A DNA stretch of 64,000 nucleotides from Candidatus Bathyarchaeia archaeon (GCA_038727135.1 JAVYWL010000002.1:257115-321114), one strand, 5' to 3'; shown: positions 21,544 through 32,583, numbered from the stretch's first letter. Notes: generated by a model not told the origin, from the letters alone. A program made the numbers and translations.

Positions 21544-22977
21544 ATGGTTATAAGCAGAGAAGAGATGCAAGAAATAGCCAAAAAATACAAAGAACCTATA
21601 GGGCTAAATTTGGGTTCACATTCGGCTTTAGATGCTTGGCAGGGACAGCGCAACTACGGCCTAAGAAGCATAATTTATACTACGCCTGGAAGGGCACGCA
21701 TATACCTTCAGAACCCGATGGTTGGGAAGCCAGACGAACCTGTGGAAGATTTGCCAAGCCTTGTCAGGCGGGATATTCGCGTTGTAAACGATCCGAAGGA
21801 CATTAAGAAAAATGGCGACTGGAAAAGCGTAATCCTAATTCTTGACCGCTACTCTGACATTGTTAAGTATGTGGATGAGCTTGTGGATTTGGAGTGTTTG
21901 CAAATTCCGAACAGGGCTTTCTCCGTTTATGTTGGCGGAGACGAATACTGTAGTGTAATCGAAAACCAGTTTGCAGTCCCAATAGTCGGCTCAAGAACTC
22001 TCCTAAAAATTGAGAACCGTGGCGAAATTGAGAAGGATTACTACTGGTTTGCGGAGCAGGCTGGCATCCCCTACCCAAAGTCCTACAAGTTTGAGGTTAG
22101 AAAAGGTGGAATACGGTTTAAAGAGTTTATTGACGAGCCCATGCTTTTGAAGGCGGAGCACGCCCACAGAAAATTTGAAAGGGAATTCATATTCGCCGCA
22201 GACTCAAAAGATTTAGAGGAGAAGGTCGAAAAGGAGGTTAAGGCTGGAAACTTAAACGAAGAGTCTTTGCGCAATGCACGCGTGGAACAAATTGTTCTAG
22301 GGCCTCATGCCAACTTTAACTTCTTCTTCTCACCATTAGATGCCAAAAGCGACTGGGGAGAGGTGGACGACTGGTTCGCTAAGCTCTACAACGTAACCAT
22401 CGAAGAGGCTAGAACATGTCTAGCCAACCAGTTCCTATCCATAGACGAGCGGAGAGAAACAATCCTAGACGGCGTGAAGAGGCTTCCACTAGAGGTTCAG
22501 CAGAAGCTTAAGCGTGTTCCATCCTTTGAGGTTACAGCCCACGCCATGCTAAGCTTAAGAGAGTCCCTCCTAAAGGATGTGCAACGCTATGCGGACCGCT
22601 TCTTATTGGCGTGCAGAGAACATGAACCGCCAGGCATAATTGGCGCATGGTGCCTTCAGACGCTCATCACGTGGGACCGCATATCAAAATATGAACTGAA
22701 ACCAATGGTTAAGCTGGACTACACAAGCGGCATAGAAGCCAAAACAGCCGCAGATTATGGCTTATACGATGTTCCAGAAGAACGAGACCCATACATGCAC
22801 ATACCAGTAACGCAAGATGTGGCGCTGCGCCATGGCGGAGGAACTAACGTCCACATGGGCTTAGGCTCCCAATATGCCAATGCCAAATACAAGAAGCCCA
22901 TGAGCACAGGAGACCGCATAGCCCTAGAAATAAGGCGGGCATGGAAAACAAAACAACTCCACGAAATAGTAACATAG
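21544..22977 (+). CDS. purP: PurP-like ATP-grasp ligase (FAICAR synthetase family, DUF1246/DUF1297)
   Basis: GSHSALD, IPNRAF, PPGIIGAWCLQ, RHGGGTN, MSTGDRIALEI; near purC/purE. Confidence 0.8.
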   Translation: MVISREEMQEIAKKYKEPIGLNLGSHSALDAWQGQRNYGLRSIIYTTPGRARIYLQNPMVGKPDEPVEDLPSLVRRDIRVVNDPKDIKKNGDWKSVILILDRYSDIVKYVDELVDLECLQIPNRAFSVYVGGDEYCSVIENQFAVPIVGSRTLLKIENRGEIEKDYYWFAEQAGIPYPKSYKFEVRKGGIRFKEFIDEPMLLKAEHAHRKFEREFIFAADSKDLEEKVEKEVKAGNLNEESLRNARVEQIVLGPHANFNFFFSPLDAKSDWGEVDDWFAKLYNVTIEEARTCLANQFLSIDERRETILDGVKRLPLEVQQKLKRVPSFEVTAHAMLSLRESLLKDVQRYADRFLLACREHEPPGIIGAWCLQTLITWDRISKYELKPMVKLDYTSGIEAKTAADYGLYDVPEERDPYMHIPVTQDVALRHGGGTNVHMGLGSQYANAKYKKPMSTGDRIALEIRRAWKTKQLHEIVT

Positions 22978-23025
22978 CAATCAAAATCTTTTAAGGAAAG
23001 CTGCTTAATATAAGCTGGGAATAAG

Positions 23026-23421
23026 ATGGCTCTTATAATAAAGGCATTTGCTACTATGTGGGCTGGAGGTCCTCCCTACATCATAAGGGACAAAGCAAGT
23101 AGCTTTTATGTTAGCCTTCCTTCAACTTATCTTTCCGAAGCATATGAGCTTACAATAGGCGACGAACTGAAGGCAAGAATTCTGAGTGTTAGCATGGATG
23201 AAAAAGAGTATCCAGAGTTTAGGGATAAAGAAATAACCCTTATTCTCTATCCCTACATTGGTCTTGACTACCTTTTCCTCTCTAAAAAAGACTGGATAGA
23301 ACATTTTAGGGAATACGGTTTAGTTGGACGATTATTTTATATTACGTTAAGAATTGAAAAAGCTATCACAAAAGATGGTGCGGAAATCCAGATCTACACG
23401 AAGAGGGACCTTGAAGTTTGA
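23026..23421 (+). CDS. Hypothetical protein (possible AbrB-like partner of the downstream HEPN protein)
   Basis: YVSLP...YELTIGDEL pattern; 4-nt overlap with the next ORF. Confidence 0.55.
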   Translation: MALIIKAFATMWAGGPPYIIRDKASSFYVSLPSTYLSEAYELTIGDELKARILSVSMDEKEYPEFRDKEITLILYPYIGLDYLFLSKKDWIEHFREYGLVGRLFYITLRIEKAITKDGAEIQIYTKRDLEV

Positions 23422-23816
23422 ATGAAGATATTTTAAAACGAGTAGTGGATTACAGGAATAGAGCCAAACTTTACCTTAAAAATTTCGAAAAAGAAAAAGT
23501 GGAAGGGAATAAAGAAAAAGCGGGCGAGGCTTTGTGGGGTGTTATCTCTTGTCTCATAAATGCCTTAGCTCTTTTCGAATATGGTAAGCCGATACCTGAT
23601 CATAAGGAACAAAGCAAATTTGCGACACAGTTTATTTTAAGCACGTATGAAGATGGGGAGGAATTAGCAAAAGCTTACAGAAATGCTGAAAAATTTCACG
23701 CCAACTTTTACCACGCTTTCCTCGATGATAAAGAGTTTGAGACTATTAGTGCTGAAATCCTTGATCTTGCGGGTCGACTAGATGCTACATTAGTGGAAAA
23801 ACTTCGAAAACTTTAA
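23418..23816 (+). CDS. PaREP1/HEPN-like protein
   Basis: KAGEALWG and AEKFHANFYH motifs. Confidence 0.75.
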   Translation: MNEDILKRVVDYRNRAKLYLKNFEKEKVEGNKEKAGEALWGVISCLINALALFEYGKPIPDHKEQSKFATQFILSTYEDGEELAKAYRNAEKFHANFYHAFLDDKEFETISAEILDLAGRLDATLVEKLRKL

Positions 23817-23928
23817 CATCAAAAATTTTAGAGAAGTTATAGCATTTTTCTTTCTGATTACTTCCGTGAATTTTGAGACTTCGAGAAGTTTTCAATGTTT
23901 TAACTGGCTAAGAATTATTTTAAACATT

Positions 23929-24395
23929 TCACATGGTTTCTAATTGCTGTTGCTTTTTCTTCATTTCGTTATAGAGATATTCAAACCACTCTGCATATTG
24001 CGGATAATTAAGCTGTTTTCTGGCTTCCTCAATGTAAGGTTTGCAAGCTTCCCAATATCTTATTATCATGCCGCTGAAAAGGTCGTCCACCAAACCTATG
24101 TCAATAAGTTTTCTATGCAAAAGGACGCCAAGCCCCTCAAAGAATAAGCCTGACTCTGGTGCTATTGCGCCATATTTTTTGGCTAATTCAGCGAATGCGG
24201 TTTCTGTTTGGCAGTCATCATGATTTGCTGCATCTCTTGCTGAAACTCCTTTTTTGAGAATGTAGCGTATAACCTCATGGCAAGGTCTATGTCTCTGCTT
24301 CTCCTTTGATGCCTAACCTGGAAAACATAGTAGACAGCGGCAATCATAACGCTTGTGGAAGCAACAACCACAGAAACCGTCTGGATATCAACCAC
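23929..24395 (-). pseudogene. DUF4760-like membrane-anchored protein, frameshifted near 24210
   Basis: N-terminal TM ORF (24183-24395) continues in another frame as ...FFEGLGVLLHRKLIDIGLVDDLF...EWFEYLYNEM. Confidence 0.7.
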
Positions 24396-24468
24396 TTTAA
24401 CACCAAGGTAGAATTAACAAGGGTTGTATTAAAGTTAACCATACCATCGGTTGCTTGATTCCCGCCCT

Positions 24469-25518
24469 CTATAAGTTGGCACCTTCAAATTTCTTAACTA
24501 TATCTGTGAGTTTTGGAACATCGAACATTTTTCTTCTCGTTATTTCGTTTGCCGCCGCCATATACATCTGGCTTATTAGCGTTTTCAGTTTTTGTTCCAG
24601 TTTTGGCGGTTGGTTTTTCACCAGTGTTCTCCAGTCTTGTACGCCTTGCTCTTTGGCTTTCTGTTTTGCTTGTTCCACTTCTTTTGCCCATTCCGTCTGT
24701 CTATAATATATGCGGGCTATTTCCTTACTGACATGCAATCCTTGATATGTGAATCTACACTCGTCCAACGTGCCAACCACGTCTGCCACCATAAGCCTTC
24801 TTTCCTCGTCGAAGGCTAACTCTATCTTGCCGTCTTCGTTTACCAAGCCCGCTTTGGCAGCTATTTCCGTGATGGTTTCATCCACTTTTAGAAGCACACT
24901 TTTTATTTCTTCCAGTTCGTTGTCTGTTAAGCCCGCCAGTTGCTGGGCTTCCCGCCATGTAAGGTAGCGGTCGCTTTCCTCAAATTTCGTGCTTACATCA
25001 AAGATTGGTTTTGCAAGCCTTTCGCCCGGTTTTGGGTAATGGTCCAAGCCCAAATCTTCAAGGGTTACCAAGCCTTGCTCAAGCCTTTTGAATACCGATG
25101 AGCCTTCTGGCAAACCATTGCGGTAAATAATTTCCAATGGAATTAGGAAGTTCCGAAGCTTGGGCGTGTAGGCACTGTAATCGTACTTTAGTTTGCCTCT
25201 TTCCACGTGGGCTTTTGGTTTGTAAACGTTTACCAGATGAAATTCCATGATGTTTGTTGGCTTTTCCAACTCGTCAAAATGCACAACCTTGCCCTTTTCG
25301 TCCACGAGTCCACGATAATGGGTTCTTATGCCCTTTTCTTCAAGCCTTTCAAAACAGTAAGCTCCCATTAAGCATAGGGCTGCGCCCTTTCCGTCTATGT
25401 GGTCTGGCATTTCACCCCAATCAAAAACCGAGTAGCGGTCTGAAAAGTGGAATCTGCCAATTCCCATCTGCGTTTTCGTCGGCTTTTTCACCACCTCAAG
25501 GTCTTTAACGCTGCCCAT
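24469..25518 (-). CDS. purC: SAICAR synthetase
   Basis: GSVKD, FSDRYSVFD, STKFE, DGKIELA, DVVGTLDECRF. Confidence 0.93.
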   Translation of the reverse strand: MGSVKDLEVVKKPTKTQMGIGRFHFSDRYSVFDWGEMPDHIDGKGAALCLMGAYCFERLEEKGIRTHYRGLVDEKGKVVHFDELEKPTNIMEFHLVNVYKPKAHVERGKLKYDYSAYTPKLRNFLIPLEIIYRNGLPEGSSVFKRLEQGLVTLEDLGLDHYPKPGERLAKPIFDVSTKFEESDRYLTWREAQQLAGLTDNELEEIKSVLLKVDETITEIAAKAGLVNEDGKIELAFDEERRLMVADVVGTLDECRFTYQGLHVSKEIARIYYRQTEWAKEVEQAKQKAKEQGVQDWRTLVKNQPPKLEQKLKTLISQMYMAAANEITRRKMFDVPKLTDIVKKFEGANL

Positions 25519-25541
25519 AACAGCGTACGCCCCTTACACGC

Positions 25542-26036
25542 CTATATCTTCAATTTTTTAACAGAATCATCTGCCCTTTCAATCTCTCCCCCTTTCTCTT
25601 TTTGGTAGGCTCTTATGCGTTCTTCAAGCTTCTTATCTTCTAAGGCTAAGATTTTTGCCGCAGCTATGGCTGCACCTTCAGCCTCAATGGTTACAACAGA
25701 GCCTATGCCACTCGGTACCCGCAGGGAGGAGTAAATGTCTGCACCGGCAAACTTTTCAGAATAGGGTGGACAAGCAATGACGGGTTTTGTGGTGTGGGCG
25801 TCCACGAAGGCGCTTAGGGCGTTTGACCTACCCGCCACGGTTATGTAAACAACACTTTCGCTTTCATGATCCTTTAAAATTTCGAGGACTTTTTCAGGGG
25901 TTTTATGGGCTGAAGCCACCCGAAGCCTAAAATCTAAACCAAAAACCTTCAAATGTTTGGCTATTTCCTTAGCGAATTCCAAGTCCCGCTCAGAACCCAT
26001 GATTACAACAACTTTTCCCGCCAATTCTATCCACAC
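25542..26036 (-). CDS. purE: N5-CAIR mutase / AIR carboxylase
   Basis: IMGSERD, VASAHKTP, AGRSNAL, PVIACP. Confidence 0.93.
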   Translation of the reverse strand: MWIELAGKVVVIMGSERDLEFAKEIAKHLKVFGLDFRLRVASAHKTPEKVLEILKDHESESVVYITVAGRSNALSAFVDAHTTKPVIACPPYSEKFAGADIYSSLRVPSGIGSVVTIEAEGAAIAAAKILALEDKKLEERIRAYQKEKGGEIERADDSVKKLKI

Positions 26037-26121
26037 GCTTTGTTGTCAATAAATAGCCCGCGGAGGCTAATTAAATTTTTAAGCAGCCCCTTTCACGCTT
26101 AAAATTTGAGGGTGAGACTTC

Positions 26122-26442
26122 ATGCCGTCTGAGAAAAGGCGGAGAAGAAGCATAGATGAGCTTTTCGGAGGCTCCATATTCGACGAAATGGAGGAAATAT
26201 TCAAAGAATTTCCAGAAGACGAAATCACCAGCGGTTACTCGATAAGTGTGACCCAAACGCCGGAAGGCACAAAAGTCAAAGCTAAGGTTGGAAAGGATGT
26301 TGACGTAAACGCCTTAAAAAGAAGGCTTCAACAGCAGTATCCGGGAGCGCAAATAGAAATCGAAGGCGGAAGACAAGAGCCTCTCATAAGGGAGATTTCA
26401 ACAAAACCCGCACGGGAAGAGGAAAACAGCGAGGAAGCATAG
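26122..26442 (+). CDS. Hypothetical protein
   Basis: SD-like GAGGGTGA upstream; N-terminus resembles archaeal small-HSP N-termini (IFDEMEEIF, GYSISV). Confidence 0.65.
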   Translation: MPSEKRRRRSIDELFGGSIFDEMEEIFKEFPEDEITSGYSISVTQTPEGTKVKAKVGKDVDVNALKRRLQQQYPGAQIEIEGGRQEPLIREISTKPAREEENSEEA

Positions 26443-26448
26443 GCAAGG

Positions 26449-27168
26449 TTAGGTTAAGTCGCCACATACACATTTAACCTCATGAAGCATTGTTAACAAC
26501 TCGTTAAAACCCTCTCCAGTCTTTGCGGAAACCAGCGGTATCCGCTGGGCTGGGATAACCTTACCCAAAATTCTGAGTATGGGAAGATAAATGTCAGCCA
26601 AAATCCCCATCGTTTTAACCTTCCTCACCAAAATTTTGGGATTATACAAAATCTTGCTCAGCCTTTCCGCCTCCTGCTTATCAAGCAAGTCCACTTTATT
26701 CACAATCCTTAAAGTGTTTATCCCAAGCCTAAATGAGATGGCAAGCGAATACAAGTAGGCCGATGGCAAGTCATCAACCCCGATGGTGGCGTCAATTATG
26801 AATACGCCAACAGAATCCGTCAGCTGACCAACAATTTTTGGGCCGGAACCGCGAAAGGCGAAAACTTCGAGTTGTCCGGGCGTGTCAAAGAGCACGAAGT
26901 CTCCATCAAGTGCTGGGATTCTCGTCTCGCTGAGCATGTCCATAGCCCTCAAAACAGCACCGTTGGGTCCCAAACCCTCCTCAGCCATTATCCGCTCAAC
27001 AGTGAACCTTTCCCTAATATCAAAGTCACAACTGTAAGGAACAGTCAAACATCCAGGGTCAAGATTCAAAAACTTAACAGAATAACCCTCCCTCAATAAA
27101 TACTCTCCAAACCTCCATGTCAAGAGGCTTTTTCCAGAACCAGCCGGTCCCAAAACAACAACATTCAT
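26449..27168 (-). CDS. GPN-loop GTPase
   Basis: GPAGSGKS, NLDPG, GLGPNGA, DTPGQLE, NKVD, SAK. Confidence 0.92.
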   Translation of the reverse strand: MNVVVLGPAGSGKSLLTWRFGEYLLREGYSVKFLNLDPGCLTVPYSCDFDIRERFTVERIMAEEGLGPNGAVLRAMDMLSETRIPALDGDFVLFDTPGQLEVFAFRGSGPKIVGQLTDSVGVFIIDATIGVDDLPSAYLYSLAISFRLGINTLRIVNKVDLLDKQEAERLSKILYNPKILVRKVKTMGILADIYLPILRILGKVIPAQRIPLVSAKTGEGFNELLTMLHEVKCVCGDLT

Positions 27169-27505
27169 AAACCACACCGCCATCCATTCCAAGGACTGAA
27201 ACCTACTTTTCAGTTTTACCCTCTTAGCCATTCTCATCTGCAACTGAAAACATCAATTCTTATGGCTATTAAAGCCCAAAAGTCCTGCTGGCATCGTCGC
27301 CAAGGAACATTTGTCAATTTTGCTTAGAACCACAGCATGGACATTGCAGCTCAGCGACCAAAACCATAGCCCTAATTACAAGAGGAAGCCATCACGTGGT
27401 TGGCAAACTAACAACGAAAACCGAAATGGTTCAAGATATGATTGCAAAGATAAAAGAAGACCAGAAAAGAATAGCTTACGAAAGTCCCATGCTTGGCAAG
27501 CAAAC

Positions 27506-28489
27506 CTAAATTGGCGGTTTAGTCCTCTTTTTCGCATCTGTGCTTTGACGAGCCCACTTTTCAAATTCCTTAGAAGGCGGATAATCAACGAAAAGCGCTT
27601 TCCTCTTGGCCTCGAGAAAAAGGTTTTCTTGGCCTAAAAATTCAGCAGATGTTAAAACCTTTTTACCGGTTCTTTGGGCTTCTTCGAGGACTTCTTTTGC
27701 TTTTTCACGCCACTCTTTATCCCTTAAAATGTGGTGTTCAAGAATTGTGCATGGCACAGAATCAACGATTTTTCTGAGATTTTCTAATCCTAATCTAACC
27801 AGTTTCTCATCAATTCTGAAGCCGGACAAATAGAGGGGCGGTCCGCCAATTAAAAGCAGCTGAGGTTTCTCCTTAATTATCAGTTGTAAAGTTTTTGCTG
27901 ATATGGGACCTTGAACATCTGGGGCCATTAGAAACTTTTCGTTTTTAAATTCTATTGTTGTCATTAGAACCCATCCTAGAGCGGAGTCCTCTTGACCGTG
28001 GAAAACTGGCTCTGAAAATTTTATCATGGTTTTTCCAAAGGTGAAGCTTCTTCCATCAGCGATTATGAGTTGTTTTGCGTCTTTTCCACCAGTTTTCTGG
28101 AAAACCCAGCCTCTGCGCCTCTGGCTGAAGTTAATCATCTCCTTCGGATTTTTAATTAAAACGGTTTTTCCCTGATAGATTTGTCTCGCTGTCTCCTCAG
28201 CTTCTGTCCAGTTACATAGCCAATCCTCATAAGAAGGCGTGTGATGGTCAAAATGGTAGTGGCTAACCGTCACTACATCGGCTTTTTCAGCGGCCTCAGC
28301 TATTTTTTTCCTTGATTCTATTACGGCTTTATACTCTAGTGGATGGGGAGGCAAGCCGTAACGGTTTGGGCATAGAGAAACCCCAGCGTCCAATAAGATT
28401 CTAACATCTGGAGTTTCCACATACGTGCACATCGAACGGACGCCTAAACTTTCGGCTGCAAGCGGCACAACCCTGATATATTTAAGCAT
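27506..28489 (-). CDS. UPF0282-family metallo-beta-lactamase-fold protein
   Basis: ESLGVRSM, SHYHFDHH, DVQGP, LEHHILRD. Confidence 0.85.
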   Translation of the reverse strand: MLKYIRVVPLAAESLGVRSMCTYVETPDVRILLDAGVSLCPNRYGLPPHPLEYKAVIESRKKIAEAAEKADVVTVSHYHFDHHTPSYEDWLCNWTEAEETARQIYQGKTVLIKNPKEMINFSQRRRGWVFQKTGGKDAKQLIIADGRSFTFGKTMIKFSEPVFHGQEDSALGWVLMTTIEFKNEKFLMAPDVQGPISAKTLQLIIKEKPQLLLIGGPPLYLSGFRIDEKLVRLGLENLRKIVDSVPCTILEHHILRDKEWREKAKEVLEEAQRTGKKVLTSAEFLGQENLFLEAKRKALFVDYPPSKEFEKWARQSTDAKKRTKPPI

Positions 28490-28556
28490 AGCCTTCAACA
28501 GCCAATAAAGCTTCAGCTATAACTTTTTATCCAAGTCAAGCATTTTAGTTTTGCAT

Positions 28557-28620
28557 GGTGGGCGATGACGACTCTGGCCCCGCTGAAGAATGATTGGGAT
28601 CTTGAGTGCGGGAGCCCGCC
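28557..28620 (+). ncRNA. Candidate C/D-box sRNA
   Basis: 7-bp terminal stem GGTGGGC/GCCCGCC, C box ATGACGA, D' CTGA, C' ATGATTG, degenerate D box; TTTTTAT element about 27 nt upstream. Confidence 0.55.
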
Positions 28621-28694
28621 CCTAAATTCTCACCAAACGAAATGGTAAATGTAAAATTCTGAAACATGCATGATAGCTTTCTGAGGGCATAAAA

Positions 28695-29825
28695 TTGGCT
28701 AGGCTATATGAGAAAACTGTTCCAACCCCGCCACATGAGTACGTTAGAGTAAACCATGAATCTTTAAAAAATTTTGTTGCCGCCATCTTAAACTCCTATA
28801 ATGTGCCCGAAGAAGATTCACAGATAGTTGCTGACGTACTTGTAACCGCTGACCTAATGGGGATTGAAAGCCACGGAGTGCAGAGGCTAAGGAGGTACAA
28901 CACGGGCATTCAAATAGGCTCTGTAAACCCAAAGCCTAACATTAAAATTGTGAGCGAATCAGCCTCAACAGCACTAGTCGACGGTGACTCCGGACTTGGC
29001 CAAGTTGTTGCCTATAAGGCTATGGAAATAGCCGTTAAAAAGGCCGGTGAGGTAGGCGTTTCAGCCGTAGGCGTCAGAAACAGCCACCATTTCGGCATAG
29101 CTGGTTATTATGCGCTTCAAGCTGTTAAACGGGACATGATAGGCATGGTAATGACCAACTCGGAAGCCTTGGTGGCTTACACGCATTCTATTGGCAGAAA
29201 CATTGGCACAAACCCCATAGCCGTTGGCTTCCCAACAAGAAAGCCTCCACCAGTACTTTTCGACGCAGCAACAAGCGTTGTACCCGTAGGAAAGATAGAG
29301 GTCTACGCCAAAGAAGGAAAGAAAATACCCCTAGGCTGGGCCATGTCTCCCGAAGGCAAACTTCTAGACGACCCCAGAGAAGTTTTAGCCAAAAAGGGGG
29401 CACTGCTGCCATTGGGCGGTTTCGGCGAAGAATTCGGCGGCCACAAAGGAGCCGGCCTAGCCCTTGTGGTAGATCTTTTATGTGGCGTTTTAACCGGAGC
29501 CAACTACGGCAAAAATGTAAAACATACGACTGAAAAAGAACGCGCCAACGTGGGACACTTCATGATAGCCATAAACATAAACAATCTAACACCAATAGAC
29601 ACTTTTCTAGAAAGGGTTGAGGAATACAAGGTTTACGTGAAAAGCCTAACAAAAATATCTGAAAATGCTGAAATTTGGATTCCCGGTGAAAAGGCATGGC
29701 TGACCATGGAAACAAGGAAAAGAATAGGAATACCAATTCACAAGAACATCTTGAAGGAAATAAGGGAAGAAGCCGCAAAAGTAGGCCTGAAATTTGACGT
29801 TAAAATCCTTAAGGAAACAGCCTAA
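28695..29825 (+). CDS. Ldh_2 (type 2 malate/L-lactate dehydrogenase, AllD/ComC) family oxidoreductase
   Basis: GIESHG, NSHHFG, GTNPIA, DAATS, GGHKG, IPGE. Confidence 0.9.
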   Translation: MARLYEKTVPTPPHEYVRVNHESLKNFVAAILNSYNVPEEDSQIVADVLVTADLMGIESHGVQRLRRYNTGIQIGSVNPKPNIKIVSESASTALVDGDSGLGQVVAYKAMEIAVKKAGEVGVSAVGVRNSHHFGIAGYYALQAVKRDMIGMVMTNSEALVAYTHSIGRNIGTNPIAVGFPTRKPPPVLFDAATSVVPVGKIEVYAKEGKKIPLGWAMSPEGKLLDDPREVLAKKGALLPLGGFGEEFGGHKGAGLALVVDLLCGVLTGANYGKNVKHTTEKERANVGHFMIAININNLTPIDTFLERVEEYKVYVKSLTKISENAEIWIPGEKAWLTMETRKRIGIPIHKNILKEIREEAAKVGLKFDVKILKETA

Positions 29826-29982
29826 AAACACTATGCCTTATATCAATATCTTCTGTTCAAAACCTTTTACTTTGAGTAAAACTTTTAACGGGCAAAACTC
29901 CGCGCATTTAGCCTTGTACACGTAAATTTTAAAAGCGTCGCAATAGTTATTGTGATACGAATTAATGAGAAGGGAAAAATAA

Positions 29983-31637
29983 ATGTTGCCATCAAGGATT
30001 AAGAAAATTTTTTCAAAATTGAAATCTAGAGAAGCTTTGACTAAAGTTCAAGCAATAATTATTGCCTTGATAATAATCATTGCAGCTGGCGTAGGCTTAG
30101 TCATCTATTATTTCGTTTTACCTCGACCCGGCGAAAAGAAAACCACTTTAGTGATAGCAATCCCCGAAGAGCCTGAAGGCTTAGATATCCAGCAAGTAAG
30201 CTGGTCAAATGAAATTCACGACCTCGTCTTCCAATCCTACATGAACTTCAACGCGACCATGGGAATGGTTCCGGATCTCGCCACAAACGTAGTAATGGAA
30301 GGAAATAACATAACTATATACCTCCCAGTTGATGCCAAATTTTCAAACGGAGACCCCATTACCGCGGAAATTATGAGAGACAGCATAGAGAGATATCGAC
30401 AATTAAGTCCCTACGGCAGCGATTACGAGGCTGTTGTAGGCTACGAAATCATAGATACATACACTTTAAAGATAATATGCAATGTTCCTCCCGTCTACAT
30501 ATGGTTTAATGATATGCCAGTAGTTTACGGAGCAGTAGTAAATACCAACGTTGCAAGTCAAGTGGGAGATGCCAATTTCAATCTAAATCCGGTAGGATCC
30601 GGCCCCTATAAGGTTAAAGAATGGGTTCATGGTTCCTATGTACTTCTAGAGAGGAATGAGTACTACAAGACTAATCTGCCTTTTGTTCAAAACAAGGGAC
30701 CAAACCCCTACATAGACTATGTGATGATTAGATTTATCCCAGAAGATTTGACAAGAATAAGCGAACTTCTGGCTGGTAACGTACACATAGTAAGGGGGGT
30801 TCCTTCAGACGCTGTGGCTGACTTGAGAACTAATGCTGAAGTAACACTCTATGAAAGCACAACTCCTGGCATTGTATACTTAATGATTAATGTTAGAAGA
30901 CCGCCTTTAGATGATGTGAGGGTGCGCAAGGCTTTGATTTACGCAATAAACAGAGATGAGATAAAAACAACTTTGGAAGATACGGTTTTGCCATGCTACA
31001 GTTATATGTCTCCATCCATGCTCGCTTACAATGCTTCAGTTGAGGAGTATGCAAGCCAAATCTACGCCTATAATCTTGACAGGGCAAGAAACCTCCTAGA
31101 AGAAGCTGGATGGACCGACACCAACGGTGATGGAATAGTCGATAAAGATGGACAGCCATTAAGTCTTGAACTGCTTATTCCGTATGACGAGCCTAAATTC
31201 AAGAGAATCGGACCCCTCATTAAGTCTAAATTAGCTAGCATCGGCATAGACGTCGAGTACGCAGAATATGACTACAACTATATTAGACAAAAAACGAGAG
31301 AATGGGATTTTGACCTTGCTGATTCTACTCTTGGTTTGATCCCGCTGGAATTTTGCCCTACCTCCTACACAGCACCATTGGAAACTATACATACAGCAAT
31401 CCAGAGGTAGACAGCCTTTTCGAACAAGACAGGTCAACAGCGTTAAGTCCTACTGAAAGAATAGCCTTATACACAAGAATACAGAGCATATTGCTGGAAG
31501 ACGCCCCTTGGGTTCCTCTATACATCGACATTAATTATACTGCTGTGAGAAAGAATGTTGAAGGGCTCATAGTGATGCCACCCTTTGCAACACTATTCAT
31601 ACAGGACGTTAGGATCAAAGAAGCGGAGGGCGCCTAA
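29983..31637 (+). CDS. Peptide/nickel ABC substrate-binding protein (SBP family 5), frameshifted near 31320
   Basis: KFSNGDPIT, GSGPY, VRKAL.YAINR; frame switches after FDLA to FYSWFDPAGILPYLLHS...YSNPEVD (single-base loss). Confidence 0.85.
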
Positions 31638-31644
31638 AACAAAA

Positions 31645-32583
31645 TTGTCAGCTTTGCTACGCTATACGATGAAAAGAATACTAATAGGGATACCAGTAAT
31701 TTTCCTCGTATCCCTCTTTATTTTTTTACTTATGCAAATGCTGCCAGGAGACCCTATCAAACTTATTGCGAGTGAAAGAGCAACACCCGAGAGAATAGAG
31801 GAGCTTAGGAGAAGCTGGGGTCTCGACCAACCTATATACATCCAATACTTTTATTGGTTATCTCATGTAATGATGGGAGATTTTGGTTACTCATACGTGA
31901 CAAGATTACCAGTTTCCCACCTTATTTGGTCTAGATTACCATATACTATACAGTTGACGTTCACAGCATTAATACTGTCTTATGTTCTTGGCATTCCTAT
32001 TGGGGTAATTGCAGCCGTGAAGAGGGGCACTGTGGTTGATAATGTAACGGTTGGAGTTGCAACCTTTTTCTACTCGATGCCTACATACTGGCTTGGATTA
32101 ATTCTAATGCTCATATTTGGGCTATACCTACGATGGTTTCCCATATCAGGCTCTTTCAGTTTAGAGTCGATGGTCCTTCCCTTATTAACACTAACTTTAC
32201 CGTACGTTGCCATGTCCGCCAGAATTGTGAGAACCGAAATGTTGGAGGTTTTAACTGAAGACTATGTTAGAACGGCTTGGGCTAAGGGACTCCCTTCAAG
32301 GATGGTTATTCTAAAACATGCCTTAAGAAACGCCTTGATACCACTCACTGTTATGTTTTTCTTAGATCTTCCCTGGATTATCGGAGGAGCCGTAATAGTG
32401 GAAAGTGTTTTCGCTTGGCCAGGTATGGGCAGTCTTCTCTACAAATCCATTCTGAAGCAGGACTACCCGGTTGTGCAGGCTATAGTGCTTATCATCACCA
32501 TCCTAACAGTGATATGCAATATTTTGGGGGACGTTGTTGTGGCGTTTTTAGATCCGAGAATTCGAGTGGAAAAGGAGGCTTAA
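31645..32583 (+). CDS. Peptide ABC permease DppB/OppB
   Basis: PGDP, EDYVRTAWAKGL, VESVFAWPGMG. Confidence 0.92.
   Translation: MSALLRYTMKRILIGIPVIFLVSLFIFLLMQMLPGDPIKLIASERATPERIEELRRSWGLDQPIYIQYFYWLSHVMMGDFGYSYVTRLPVSHLIWSRLPYTIQLTFTALILSYVLGIPIGVIAAVKRGTVVDNVTVGVATFFYSMPTYWLGLILMLIFGLYLRWFPISGSFSLESMVLPLLTLTLPYVAMSARIVRTEMLEVLTEDYVRTAWAKGLPSRMVILKHALRNALIPLTVMFFLDLPWIIGGAVIVESVFAWPGMGSLLYKSILKQDYPVVQAIVLIITILTVICNILGDVVVAFLDPRIRVEKEA

Noticed and set aside
25558-25568. TTAACAGAA right-arm matches in core genes (also near 16956 and 27074)
   Set aside because: No matching left arm; they lie inside CDS and are expected by chance.
28561-28620. Fluoride riboswitch (starts GGCGATG)
   Set aside because: The downstream pseudoknot elements do not match; a C/D-box layout fits better.
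31315-31330. Selenocysteine or stop-codon recoding in the ABC binding protein
   Set aside because: The two halves are in different frames, so this is a frameshift rather than an in-frame TGA.
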